Shown here in pieces: positions 13,330-24,384 of a DNA stretch of 64,000 nt. The translations under genes were made by a program, and so were the position numbers. The stretch is from Torpedo marmorata (taxonomy: Eukaryota), in NCBI GenBank assembly GCA_977017645.1, contig OZ360223.1:139128001-139192000 (forward strand), given 5' to 3'. The notes beneath the pieces were generated by a model. That model had not been told where the DNA came from and made no database searches. It saw only the letters and a list, made by a program, of their open reading frames with translations. The stretch's first letter is position 1. The number at the start of each line of letters is the position of its first letter.

Positions 13330-16300
13330 TGCAATGTGCTATGGCCAATCACGGACCAATTGAAGGATGCAATGTTCCAGGACCAATCACTGCCCAGTGA
13401 AGGATGCAATGTTCCAGGACCAACCATGGAGCATTGAAGGGTGCAATGTGCCAGGACCAATCACGGAGCATTGGAGGATGGAATGTATCAGGACCAATCA
13501 CGGCCCATTGGTGGATGCAATGTGCCAGGGCCAATCACGGACCAATTGAAGGATGCAATGTGCCAGGACCAATCATTGACCATTGGAGGAAGCAATGTGC
13601 CAGGACCAATGAAGGACCATTGGAGGATGCAGTGTGCCAGGATAAATCACGGATCAGTGGAGGATGCACTGTACCAGGACCAATCACTGCCCAGTGAAGG
13701 ATGCAATGTTCCAGGACCAACCATGGAGCATTGAAGGGTGCAATGTTCCAGGGCCAATCACGGACCATTGGAGGATGGAATGTGTCAGGACTAATCATGG
13801 ACCATTGGAGGATGGAATGTGCCAGGACCAATCACGGACCATTGAACGATGCAATGTGCCAGGACTAATCATGGACCATTGGGAAATGGAATGTGCCAGG
13901 ACGAATCATGGAACATTGGAGGATGCAATGTGCCAGGACCAATCACGGACCATTGGAGGATGCAATGTGCCAGGACCAATCACGGACCATTGAACGATGC
14001 AATGCGCCAGGACCAATTATGGACCATTGAAGGATGCAAGGTCCCAGGACCAATCACCGCCCATTGGAGGATGCAATGTGCCAGGATCAATCATTGACCA
14101 TTGGAGGATGCAATGTGCCAGGACCAATCATGGACCACAAAAGGATGCAATGTGCCAGGACCAATCACGGCAAATTGGAGGATGCAATGTGCAAGGGTCA
14201 GTAACAGACTATTGAAGGATGCAATGTGCCAGGACCAATCACCGCCCATTGGAGGATGCAATGTGCTAGGGCCTATCATGGACCATTGAAGTATGCAATA
14301 TGCCAGGACCAATCACAGCCCATTGGAGGATGCAATGTGCCAGGATCAATCACGGGCCATTGGCGAATGCAATGTGCCAGGACCAATCACGGAGCATTGA
14401 AGGATGCAATGTGCCAGGACTAATGGACCATCGAAGGATCCAAAGTGCCAGGAGCAATTATGGACCATTGAGGATGCAATGTGCCAGGGCCAATCACGGA
14501 CCATTGAATGATGCAATGTGCCAGGACCATCATCGACCATTGAAGGATGCAATGTGCCAGAACCAATCATGGCCCATTGGAGGATGCAAAGTGCCAGGGC
14601 CAATCACGGATCATTGAAGGATGCAATGTGCCAGGACCAATCATGGACCATTGGAAGATGGAATGTGCCAGGACGAATCATGGAACATTGGAGAATGGAA
14701 TGTGCCAGGATCAATCACGGATCATTGAAGGATGCAATGTGCCAGGACCAATCACAGCCCATTGGAGGATGCAATGTGCCAGGACCAATCATGGATCATT
14801 GAAGGATGCAATGTGCCAGGACCAATCACAGCCCATTGAAGGATGCAATGTGCCAGGGCCAATCACGGCCCATTGGAGGATGCAAAGTGCCAGGGCCAAT
14901 CACGGATCATTGAAGGATGCAATGTGCCAGGACCAATCACAGCCCATTGAAGGATGCAATGTGCCAGGACCAATCACGGCCCATCGGAGGATGCAAAGTG
15001 CCAGGGCCAATCACGGATCATTGAAGGATGCAATGTGCCAGGACCAATCACAGCCCATTGAAGGATGCAATGTGCCAGGACCAATCATGGCCCATTGGAG
15101 GATGCAAAGTGCCAGGGCCAATCACGGATCATTGAAGGATGCAATGTGCCAGGACCAATCACAGCCCATTGAAGGATGCAATGTGCAGGAGCAATTACGG
15201 CCTGGTGGAGGAAGCAATGTACCAGGACCAATCATGGTCCATTGGAGGATGCAATGTGCCAGGACCAATCACGGACCATTGGAGGTTGCAATGTGCCAGG
15301 ATCAATCACGGACCATTGGAGGATCGAAAGTGCCTGGACAAATCATGGAACATTTGAGGATGCAATGTGCCAGAGACGTCACGGCCATTTGGAGGATGCA
15401 ATGTGCTAGGGCCAATCACGGACCATTAAAGTATGCAATGTGCCAGGACCATTCATGGACCATTAAAGGATGCAATGTGCCAGAACCATTCATTGTCCAT
15501 TGAAGGATGCAATGTGCCAGGATAAATCATGGACTATTGGAGGATGGAATGTGCCAGGACTAATGAAACATTGGTCCTGGCTCATTGCATCCTCCAATCA
15601 CAGAGCATTGAAGGATCCAAAGTCCCAGGATCAATTATGGACCATTGGAAGATGGAATGTGCCAGGATCAATCATTGACCATTGGAGGATGCAATGTGCC
15701 AGGACTAATCAAGTACCATTGAAGGATGCAATGTGCCAGGAGCAATTACGGCCTGGTGGAGGATGCAATGTACCAGGACAAATCATGGTCCATTGGAGGA
15801 TGCAATGTGCCAGGATCAATCATGGACCATTGAAGGATGCAATGTCCCATGACCAATGACTGCCCATTGGAGGATGCAATGTGCCAGAACCAATCACGGC
15901 CAATTGGAGGAGGCAATGTGCCAGGACCAATCATGGTCCATTGGAGGATGCAATGTTTCAGGATCAATCATTGACCATTGGAGTGTGCAATGTGCCAGGA
16001 CCAAACATGGACCACAAAAGGATGCAATGTGCCACGACCAATCATGGACCATCAAAGGATCCAAAGTGCCAGGACCAATTATGGACCATTGGAGGATGCA
16101 ATGTTCCAGGACCAATCACGGCCCATTGGAGGCTGCAATGTGCCAGGACCAATCACCGCCCACTGGAGGATGCAATGTGCCAGGACCAATCATGGCAAAT
16201 TGGAGGATGCAATGTGCAAGGGCAAATAACGGACTATTGAAGGATGCAATATACCAGGACCAATCATGGACCATTGAAGGATGCAAAGTGCCAGGACCAA

Positions 16301-17668
16301 TCACTGCCCATTGGAGGATGCAATGTGCCAGAACCAATCACGGCCAATTGGAGGATGCAATGTACCAGGGCCAATCACGGACCATTGAAGGATGCAATTT
16401 GCCAGGACCAATCACGGACCATTGAAGGATGCAATGTGCCAGGACCAATCACCGCCCAGTGGAGGATGCAATGTGCTCGGGCCAATCATGGTCCATTGGA
16501 GGATGCAATGTGCCAGGACCAATCATGGACCATTGAAGGATGCAATGTGCCAGGACCAATCATGGACCCTTGAAGGATGCAATGTGCCAGGACCAATCAT
16601 GGACCATCGAAGGATCCAAAGTGCCAGGACCAATTATGGACCATTGAGGATGCAATGTGCCAGGACCAATTATGGACCATTGGAGGATGCAGTGTGCCTG
16701 GACCAATCATGGTCCATTGGAGGATGCAATGTACCAGGAATAATCATTGACCTTTGGAGGATGCAATGTGCCAGGACCAATCATTGACCATTGAAGGATG
16801 CAATGTGCCAGGACCAATCATTGACCATTGATGGATGCAATGTGCCAGGACCAATCATTGACCATTGAAGGATGCAATGTGCCAGGACTAATCATGGACC
16901 ATTGAAGGATGCAATGTGCCAGGACCAGTCACGGCCAGTAGGAGGTTGCAAAGTGCCAGGGCCAATCACGGACCATTGAAGAATGCAATGTGCCAGTACC
17001 AATCGTGGACCATTGGAAGATGGAATGTGCCAGGACTAATGGACCATTGGAGGATGCAATGTGCCAGGACCAATCACAGAGCATTGAAGGATGCAATGTG
17101 CCAGGACCAATCATGGACCATCGAAGGATCCAAAGTCCCAGGATCAATTATGGACCATTGGCGGATGCAATGTGCCAGGACTAATCACGGAAGATTGAAC
17201 GATGCAATGTGCCAGGAATAATCACGGCCTGGTGGAGGATGCAATGTGCCAGGACCAATCATGGACCATTGAATGAGTCAATGTGCCAGGACCAATTATG
17301 GTCCATTGAAGGATGCAATGTGCCAGGACCAATCATGATCCATTGAAGGATGCAATGTGCCAGGACCAATCATGGTCCATTGAAAGATGCAATGTGCCAG
17401 GATCATCATGGACCATTGAAGGATGCAATGTGCCAGGACCAATCATGGTCCATTGGAGGATGCAATGTGTCAGGACCAATCATGGTCCATTGGAGGATGC
17501 AGTGTGCCAGAACCAATCACGGACCATTGAAGGATGCAATGTGCTAGGACCAATCATGGATGATTGGAGGCTGCAATGTGCCAGGACCAATCATGGACCA
17601 TTGGAGGATGTAATGTGCCAGGATCAATCACGGACTATTGGAGGCTGCAATGTGCCAGGATCAATCAC
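13330..17668 (+). repeat. 37-bp minisatellite array, roughly 115 units (GGATGCAATGTGCCAGGACCAATCACGGACCATTGGA)
   Basis: Period of 37 counted directly (13921 to 13958). ORF-track translations cycle through all three frames every 37 aa. Confidence 0.95.
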
Positions 17669-18048
17669 ACCCCACAAGTTTGCCCCAGTGAATTCCAGAG
17701 GGGCATACTGGGTCTGACCTGCCCTTGTTGGACTAAGAGAAATCTGATTTCACCAGAAGTGCACTGAGCTGCTTCTGCATGAATTATCCTGACGTTGCCT
17801 GGTGTGGGAGATAAATTAGCAACTCAGCACCTGAGAACGCGACCATCAAGTATCTTCAGGACAGCAAGATTTACCAGGTAAAGCTATGTAAGTACAACAC
17901 CTTTTTTCTATCTACTAACTCCAAGCAGGTCCCCGTCATCAAAGACATCCAGTTGGCCCTCTGCAAGTGCAGGAAGGTGCCTAACTGGAGTGGAGTGGAA
18001 GAGGTGACTAAAGCAGCCTTCAAGTGTGTCCCATCCATGATGGAGTGA
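17669..18048 (+). pseudogene. Histone H3-derived pseudogene
   Basis: Translates PHKFAP..V*PALVGLREI*FHQKCTELLLHELS*RCLVWEIN, then after a frameshift ENATIKYLQDSKIYQVKL..NSKQVPVIKDIQLALCKCRK. This is colinear with H3 RKSAP..[74 protein letters not shown]. Confidence 0.88.
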
Positions 18049-21000
18049 AGAAGATTCACCACCACTTACCCCTTCCTCATTTTCAGCCACACAAAGGCAC
18101 TTTTAAGAGCCAATGAAAAGAGCTATAACCATCCTTATTCTACCCGATTGTTTTGTCTGATTTTACTCTCTACTTCTTGATTCATAGCATTTAATTGTAC
18201 TCTAGTGAGTGCAGGCAGTGTGTGTTTTATGTACCTCAGCATCATAAAAACTGCATTATCCACATACCCTGTGATGCCCTAAAGATCCATCTCACTGAGC
18301 ATATCGTTTATATCCTCATCTTGTCTCCAGCCTTTGCAGTGGCTCAACGGTCGATGGAGGTTCCCAGCAATGCACTCATCACTGGATGTCGGAGGGAAAA
18401 TGTCCCTGACCAAGCAGATGGTGCCAAGGTGGAGTGGAGGGGATGTGGTAACTAAAGCGGCCTACAAGTGTGTCTCATCGATGATGGAGTGAAGACTCAC
18501 CACCACCGACCCCTTCCTCAATCTCAGCCACACAAAGGCTCTTTTTAGAGCCAATGAAAAGAGCTATAACCATCTTTATTTCACCTGAGTGTTTTGTGAA
18601 TTGTTACTCTACTTGATTCACAGCATTTAATTGTACTCTAGTGAGTGCAGGCAGTGTGTGTCTTATGTACCTTTGCACCATTTTATTGCATTATCCCCAT
18701 TCCCGTGATGCCCTGAAGATCCATCTAACTGTGAGCACATGGTTTATATTCTCATCTTGTCTGCAGCCTTTGCTGTGGCTCAAAGGTTGATGGAGGTTCC
18801 CAGCAATGCACTCTTACTGGATGTCGGGGGGGGAAAATGTCCCTGACTAAGCAGATGGTGCCGAGCTGAAGTGGAGGGGAAGTGGTGACTAAATCGGCCA
18901 ACAAGTGTGTCCCACATTGATGGAGTGAAGAAGACTCACAACCACCGACCCCTTCCTCAATCTCAGCCACACAAAGGCTCTTTTAAGAGCCAATGGAAAG
19001 AGCTATAACCATCTTTATTCCACCCGAGTGTTTTGTCTGTTTTTACTCTCTACTTTTTGATTCATAGCATTTGATTGTACTCTAGTGAGTGCAGGCAGTG
19101 TGTGCCTTTTGTACCTCTGCATCATAAAAACTGCATTATCCCCATACCCTGTGATGCCCTAAAGATCCATCTAACTGTTACATATCGTTTATATCCTCAT
19201 CTTGTCTGCAGCCTTTGCAGTGGTTCAACGGTTGATGGAGGTTCCTGGAAATGCACTCTTCTCACTGGATGTCGGAGGGAAAATGTCCCTGACCAGGCAG
19301 ATGGTGCCGTGGAGGGGAAGTGGTAGCTAAAGCAGCCAACAGGTGTGTCTCATCGATGATGGAGTGAAGAGTCACCACCACTGACCCCTTCCTCAATGTC
19401 GGCCACACAAAGGCTCTTTTTAGTGCCAATGAAAAGAGCTATAACCATCTTTATTTCACCTGAGTGTTTTGTGAATTGTTACTCTACTTGATTCACAGCA
19501 TTTAATTGTACTCTAGTGAGTGCAGGCAGTGTGTGTCTTATGTCCCTCAGCACCATTTTACTGCACTATTCCCCTCCCCATTCCCATGATGCCCTAAAGA
19601 TCCATCTAACTGTGAGCACATGGTTTATATCCTCATCTTGTCTGCAGCCTTTACAGTAGCTCAAGGTCGATGGAGGTTCCCAGCAATCCACTCTTCTTAC
19701 TGAATGTTAGAGGGAAAATGTCTCTGACAAAGCAGATGGTGCCCAGCTGGAGCGGAGGGGATGTGGTAACTAAAGCAGCCGACAAGTGTGTCCCACCGTG
19801 GTGGAGTGAAGAAGACTCACCACCACCGACCACTTCCTCATTCTCAGCCACAAAAAGGCTCTTTTAAAAGCCAATGAAAAGAGCTATAACAATCTTTATT
19901 TAACCTGAGTGTTTTGTGAATTTTTAATATACTTCTTGATTCATAGCATTTAATTGTGCTCTAGTGAGTGCAGGCAATGTGTATCTTATGGACCTCAGCA
20001 CCATATTACTGCACTATTCCCCTCCCCATTCCCGTGATGCCCTAAAGATCCATCTAACTGAGCACATGGTTTATATCCTCATCTTGTCTGCAGCCTTTGC
20101 AGTGGTTCAACGGTCTATGGAGGTTCCCAGCAAACCACTCTTCTCACTGGATGTCAGAGGTAAAATGTCCCTGACCAAGTAGATGGTGCCAAGGTGGAGT
20201 GGAGGGGAAGTGGTAACTAAAGCGGCCTACAAGTGTGTCTCATCGATGATGGAGTGAAGAGTCACCACCACTGACCCCTTCCTCAATGTCGGCCACACAA
20301 AGGCTCTTTTAAGAGCCAATGAAAAGAGCTATAACCATCTTTATTTCACCTGAGTGTTTTGTGAATTGTTACTCTACTTGATTCACAGCATTTAATTGTA
20401 CTCTAATGAGTGCAGGCAGTGTGTGTCTTATGTACCTCAGCACCATTTTATTGCATTATCCCCATTCCCGTGATGCCCTAAAGATCCATCTAACTGTGAG
20501 CACATGGTTTATATCCTCATCTTCTCTGCAGCCTTTGCAGTGGTTCAACGGTTGATGGAGGTTCCCAGCAAACCACTCTTCTCACTGGATGTCCGAGGTA
20601 AAATGTCCCTGACCAAGCAGATGGTGCCGAGCTGGAGTGGAGGGGAAGTGGTGACTAAATCGGCCAACAAGTGTGTCCCACATTGATGGAGTGAAGAAGA
20701 CTCACCACCACCGACCCCTTCCTCAATGTCGGCCACACAAAGGCTCTTTTAAGAGCCAATGGAAAGAGCTATAACCATCTTTATTCCTCCCGAGTGTTTT
20801 ATGTTTTTTTTTTACTCTGTATTTCTTGATTTCCAACATTTAATTGCACTCTACTGAGTGCACGGAGTGGATGTCATATCTACCTCGGCACCATTTTACT
20901 GCATATCCTCATACCTCTCGATGCCGTTAAAATCCACATAACTATGAGTATGTGCGTTATATCCTCACATGTGTCTCCTGCCTTTGCAGTGTATCAAAGA

Positions 21001-21640
21001 TCGATTGTCAAGTTCCCAGCAATACGCTCTTCATACTCGAGTCAGAAGGAAAATATCCCTGAACAAAGAGGTGTTCAAATGGAGTGGAGGAAAAAGACCC
21101 TGCTGTACCTGTTGCTGAGTCACGATGGAGGAAGGAAGATACCACCACCGGCCCCTTCCTCATTCTCAGCCACACAAAGGCTCTTGTAAGAGCCAATGAA
21201 AAGAGCTACAACCATCTTTATTTAACCTGAGTGTTTTGTGAATTTTTAATCTAATTTTTGATTATAGCATTTAATTGTGCTCTGGTGAGATCAGGCAGTG
21301 TCTTATGGACCTCGGCACAATTTCACTGCACTATCCCCATACCCATGATGCCCTAAAGATCCATATAACTGAATTTAGGCTTTATATCTTCACCTTGTCT
21401 GCAGCCTTCTCAGTGGAACAAAGTTGATTGACATTCCCTGCAATCTATTGTTCTCACTGGATGTCAGAAGGAAAATGTCCCTGATCTAGCAGATGCGTCC
21501 CAGCTGGAGTGGAGGGGGAGTAGTGACTAAAGCGTCCTGCAAGTGTGTCTTAGCTATGATGGAGTGAAGAAGAATCACCACCACTGACCCCTTTCTCATT
21601 CTCAGCCCCACAACGGCTCTTGAGAGGCACCAAAGATCTA
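17990..21640 (+). repeat. ~440-bp tandem array, each unit ending in a histone 3' stem-loop plus HDE
   Basis: Stem-loop starts at 18096, 18537, 18976, 19412, 19857, 20302, 20742, 21179 and 21615 (degenerate), spaced 436-445 bp. Confidence 0.92.
18976..19009 (+). promoter_or_regulatory. Histone mRNA 3' stem-loop and U7-complementary downstream element (representative copy; same stem-loop at 20302 and 20742)
   Basis: ACAAA-GGCTCTTTTAAGAGCC-A matches the SLBP stem-loop consensus and is followed by AAAGAGCTATAAC. Confidence 0.85.
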
Positions 21641-22189
21641 CAACCAGTTTGTTCCACCCAAATGTCCTGTCAGTTTTTGGTCTGTGTATTTCTTGATTCA
21701 CAACATTTAATTGCACCTGAGTGCTTAAAGTGCACGTACGTCTTGTTTACCACAGCACCATTTTACTGCTCTATCACCCTATCCCTTAATACCACTAATA
21801 TCCACACAATTATGGTTATATTTTTGGAATGAATGTTAAAGAGTAAATAATTTATGGAAAATTTGCCTTGATGTGAGTTAAAACTGTTGATGTCAGCTAG
21901 TTTTGAGTCTAGTCCCCTCTTCTCGATGTTTTGAGCAAGAAAACATTTTCTCTCCATCTCTCCTTTCATTCCTATAACCCTCATAGTGTTTCATCACAGT
22001 GCCAGTCGAAACCGACCTTGGGGACGATGTTACCCCTTTCTCTGGAGATCTGTATCTTGTAATTTGAAAGTCTCTTATGGGTCTTCAGTTTAAGGGGAGG
22101 ATAACTTGGGTGGCTGCCATGTGAAGGAGAGAGGGTGGCCATCTCTGTTTCACCTGCCTTCCCATTTCACCAAAGGTCGATTGATGGGT

Positions 22190-22390
22190 CAGAGGGAATA
22201 TGTCCCTGAGGGTGCCCGACTGAAGTGGTGGGAAAAGTCCCTCCAAGCAAGTGGTGACTAAAGCTGACTGCAAGTATGACCCAGCCATGATGGCGTGAAG
22301 AAAACCTACCATCACCGACTGCTTCCTTATTCTCAGTGCCACAATGGCTCTTGTAAGAGCCAATTTACAGAGCTATAACCATCTTTATTT
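22190..22390 (+). repeat. Detached partial copy of the 440-bp unit with stem-loop
   Basis: GTGGTGACTAAAGCTGACTGCAAG...GGCTCTTGTAAGAGCC (22346-22361), then AGAGCTATAACCATC. Confidence 0.8.
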
Positions 22391-22647
22391 CACCCGTGTT
22401 TATTTTTTTTTCTCTGTAATTTGCATTTATGATAGTTCAAAATGGTCCAGCCTGTTAGATTTCTGATTGTTAACCCTATGTCTAAATGTCTTAGCTGAGG
22501 ATCATTTTTGTCTGAAACCATCCTTTTGGGTTTTGGAAGAATAGTTCACGTTCATTCAGAGGGTGCGTTGCAAACATTTTTGTCATGGGGACATTTACAT
22601 TGTGATTTGACACACAATATATTTTGAATCCCCTGCTGAAACAATAG

Positions 22648-23125
22648 ATGAGGTGGGATGCAGCCAGAGGGCAGGAGTGGGCTTTGGGCCACAGCAGTGT
22701 CACATACAGCAGCACTGAAACCACATGCCACCTAATGACCAATTGCTTCCATGTCATCGAAGCGAGACTTCAAATGTTTTTATCCACAAACTCATTTTGT
22801 GCACTATCTTCTATTTCTTTTAGGTCCACCGGAAATCCACTGAGATGCTCCTCCACGAACTGTGCTTCGAGTGCCTGTTGCTGGAGATCGATCAGAACTT
22901 CAAGACAGACCTGCACTTCCAGAGCTAGGCCAGCATGAATCTATGGGGAGCAGCATTTACGTGGTGAAGCGGTGAGGTCTCCAACCTGTACGCCATCCCT
23001 GCTGAGCAGATCGCCAGCACAACACCTAGCTGGCCCACTGCATCTACAAGAAGTGCACCGAGGACCCTCCTTCACTCTCACTCCAAACAAAGGCTCCTCC
23101 ACAGAAAAAGCTATAACCAGCTTTA
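22648..23125 (+). pseudogene. Histone H3-derived pseudogene with shared upstream module
   Basis: From 22824 it reads VHRKSTEMLLHELCFECLLLEIDQNFKTDLHFQS*ASMNL, matching H3 [40 protein letters not shown], then SNLYAIPAEQI. A decayed stem-loop/HDE lies at ~23090-23118. Confidence 0.88.
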
Positions 23126-23404
23126 TTCAACTCATCCTGTACTATTTAATTTACGCAATGAATGCAAGATATTTGGCATTATATGTTAATAAATGAATAT
23201 CTTAAATTAACTGTAATTTGTTATTCTCTATGTATTTAAGTGCACTATCGCGAAGAATTCTACTCCTGAGCTGACACCCACTTCCTCCCTGTCCACATTG
23301 TCCCAGCAAACTTAATGAAGGTTTGAAGAAGATTAATTTCTCTTTCTCAGGATATTGTAGCCCTTAAGAATGGGTTACTGGGAATTCTGGGCACATGGGA
23401 ATTC

Positions 23405-23585
23405 AGAGCGGCACGGTTAATGCAACTCGGATTCGAATCTGGCGCTGTCTAAGGAGTTTGTACGTCCTTCCTGTGTCTTCATGGGTTTTCTCCGGTTGCT
23501 CCGGTTTCCTCCCATCCTATAAAACGTGGACCGGAAGGGTCTGTTACTGTGCTGTATGTCTAATTTTTAAAAAAATAAATAAAAT
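23405..23585 (+). mobile_element. V-SINE / HE1-like SINE fragment
   Basis: GGAGTTTGTACGTCCTTCCTGTGTCTTCATGGGTTTTCTCCGGTTGCTCCGGTTTCCTCCCA is a V-domain-like core, followed by an A-rich end. Confidence 0.7.
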
Positions 23586-24384
23586 ATGATGAGTTGGGAG
23601 ACTTGGAGCATGCCCTGCTGCCCTCCCTTGTACTCAGTAGGGTTCACCCTGCCCTTGAATTTTACCTTGCTTTCATTTATTGCACCAATTTAAAGCCAAC
23701 ACAGACAGAATATTTTCCAGCAACACCTTTGTGGTTGCTTCATAGCTGAAGGCCATTATCTTGGGCCCTCGCGGGTCTCAGTTCAACATGGGCTCTATAG
23801 CTTTCAGGGTATGCCCAGTCATTGGGACATATGGGCTGATACTGGTGGAACTTGAAACCATGTTGCATATCTGCATCAATACAAAGGGCAGTCCCCATTC
23901 CAAGTGCAGTACTCCTGTTTTATTATACAGGTTTGGTATGCCTCATATCGCTTTTGTGGGTAAATATATCTGAATTATATTGAGTGCAAATTAAATATTT
24001 GTCATTGCAGTGTTTCAATTCCTTATCTGTCCCTGGCCACCAGCACAATCCCTTCATTCATTCCGTGTGTTTTTTGCTTCTTCATGTCCCTGAATAACAA
24101 AGCACTGTTGAGTAATTTTTTTCCAATGCCCTTAAAAATTAAGCTGTCCATTAGTGTAATTTTGTTCTTCCGCTTATCATAAGGGGCAAAGGTGTTTCTC
24201 TTCCAGCCACTGACTTTGTTCTCATCACTGCCCTGGGCCTGTTTAAGGTCCTTGATGTTGGTCTGGGTTATGGCGATTGCATCTATTAATTTGGGGATCA
24301 GGTGTTGCCACAGGTCCCCTTAGGCACCTACCTTTGCCAATTCTGCTGCTCTAACGATCCTGGCTAGGGAAGTTCTGTGACTGA

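Noticed and set aside
13330-17668. CRISPR-like periodicity
   Set aside because: Head-to-tail repeats without unique spacers, no cas genes, eukaryotic context.
13349-17717. Dozens of Cys/His-rich ORFs, including a 318-aa one
   Set aside because: They are translations of a 37-bp repeat cycling through frames on both strands, not zinc-finger or other genes.
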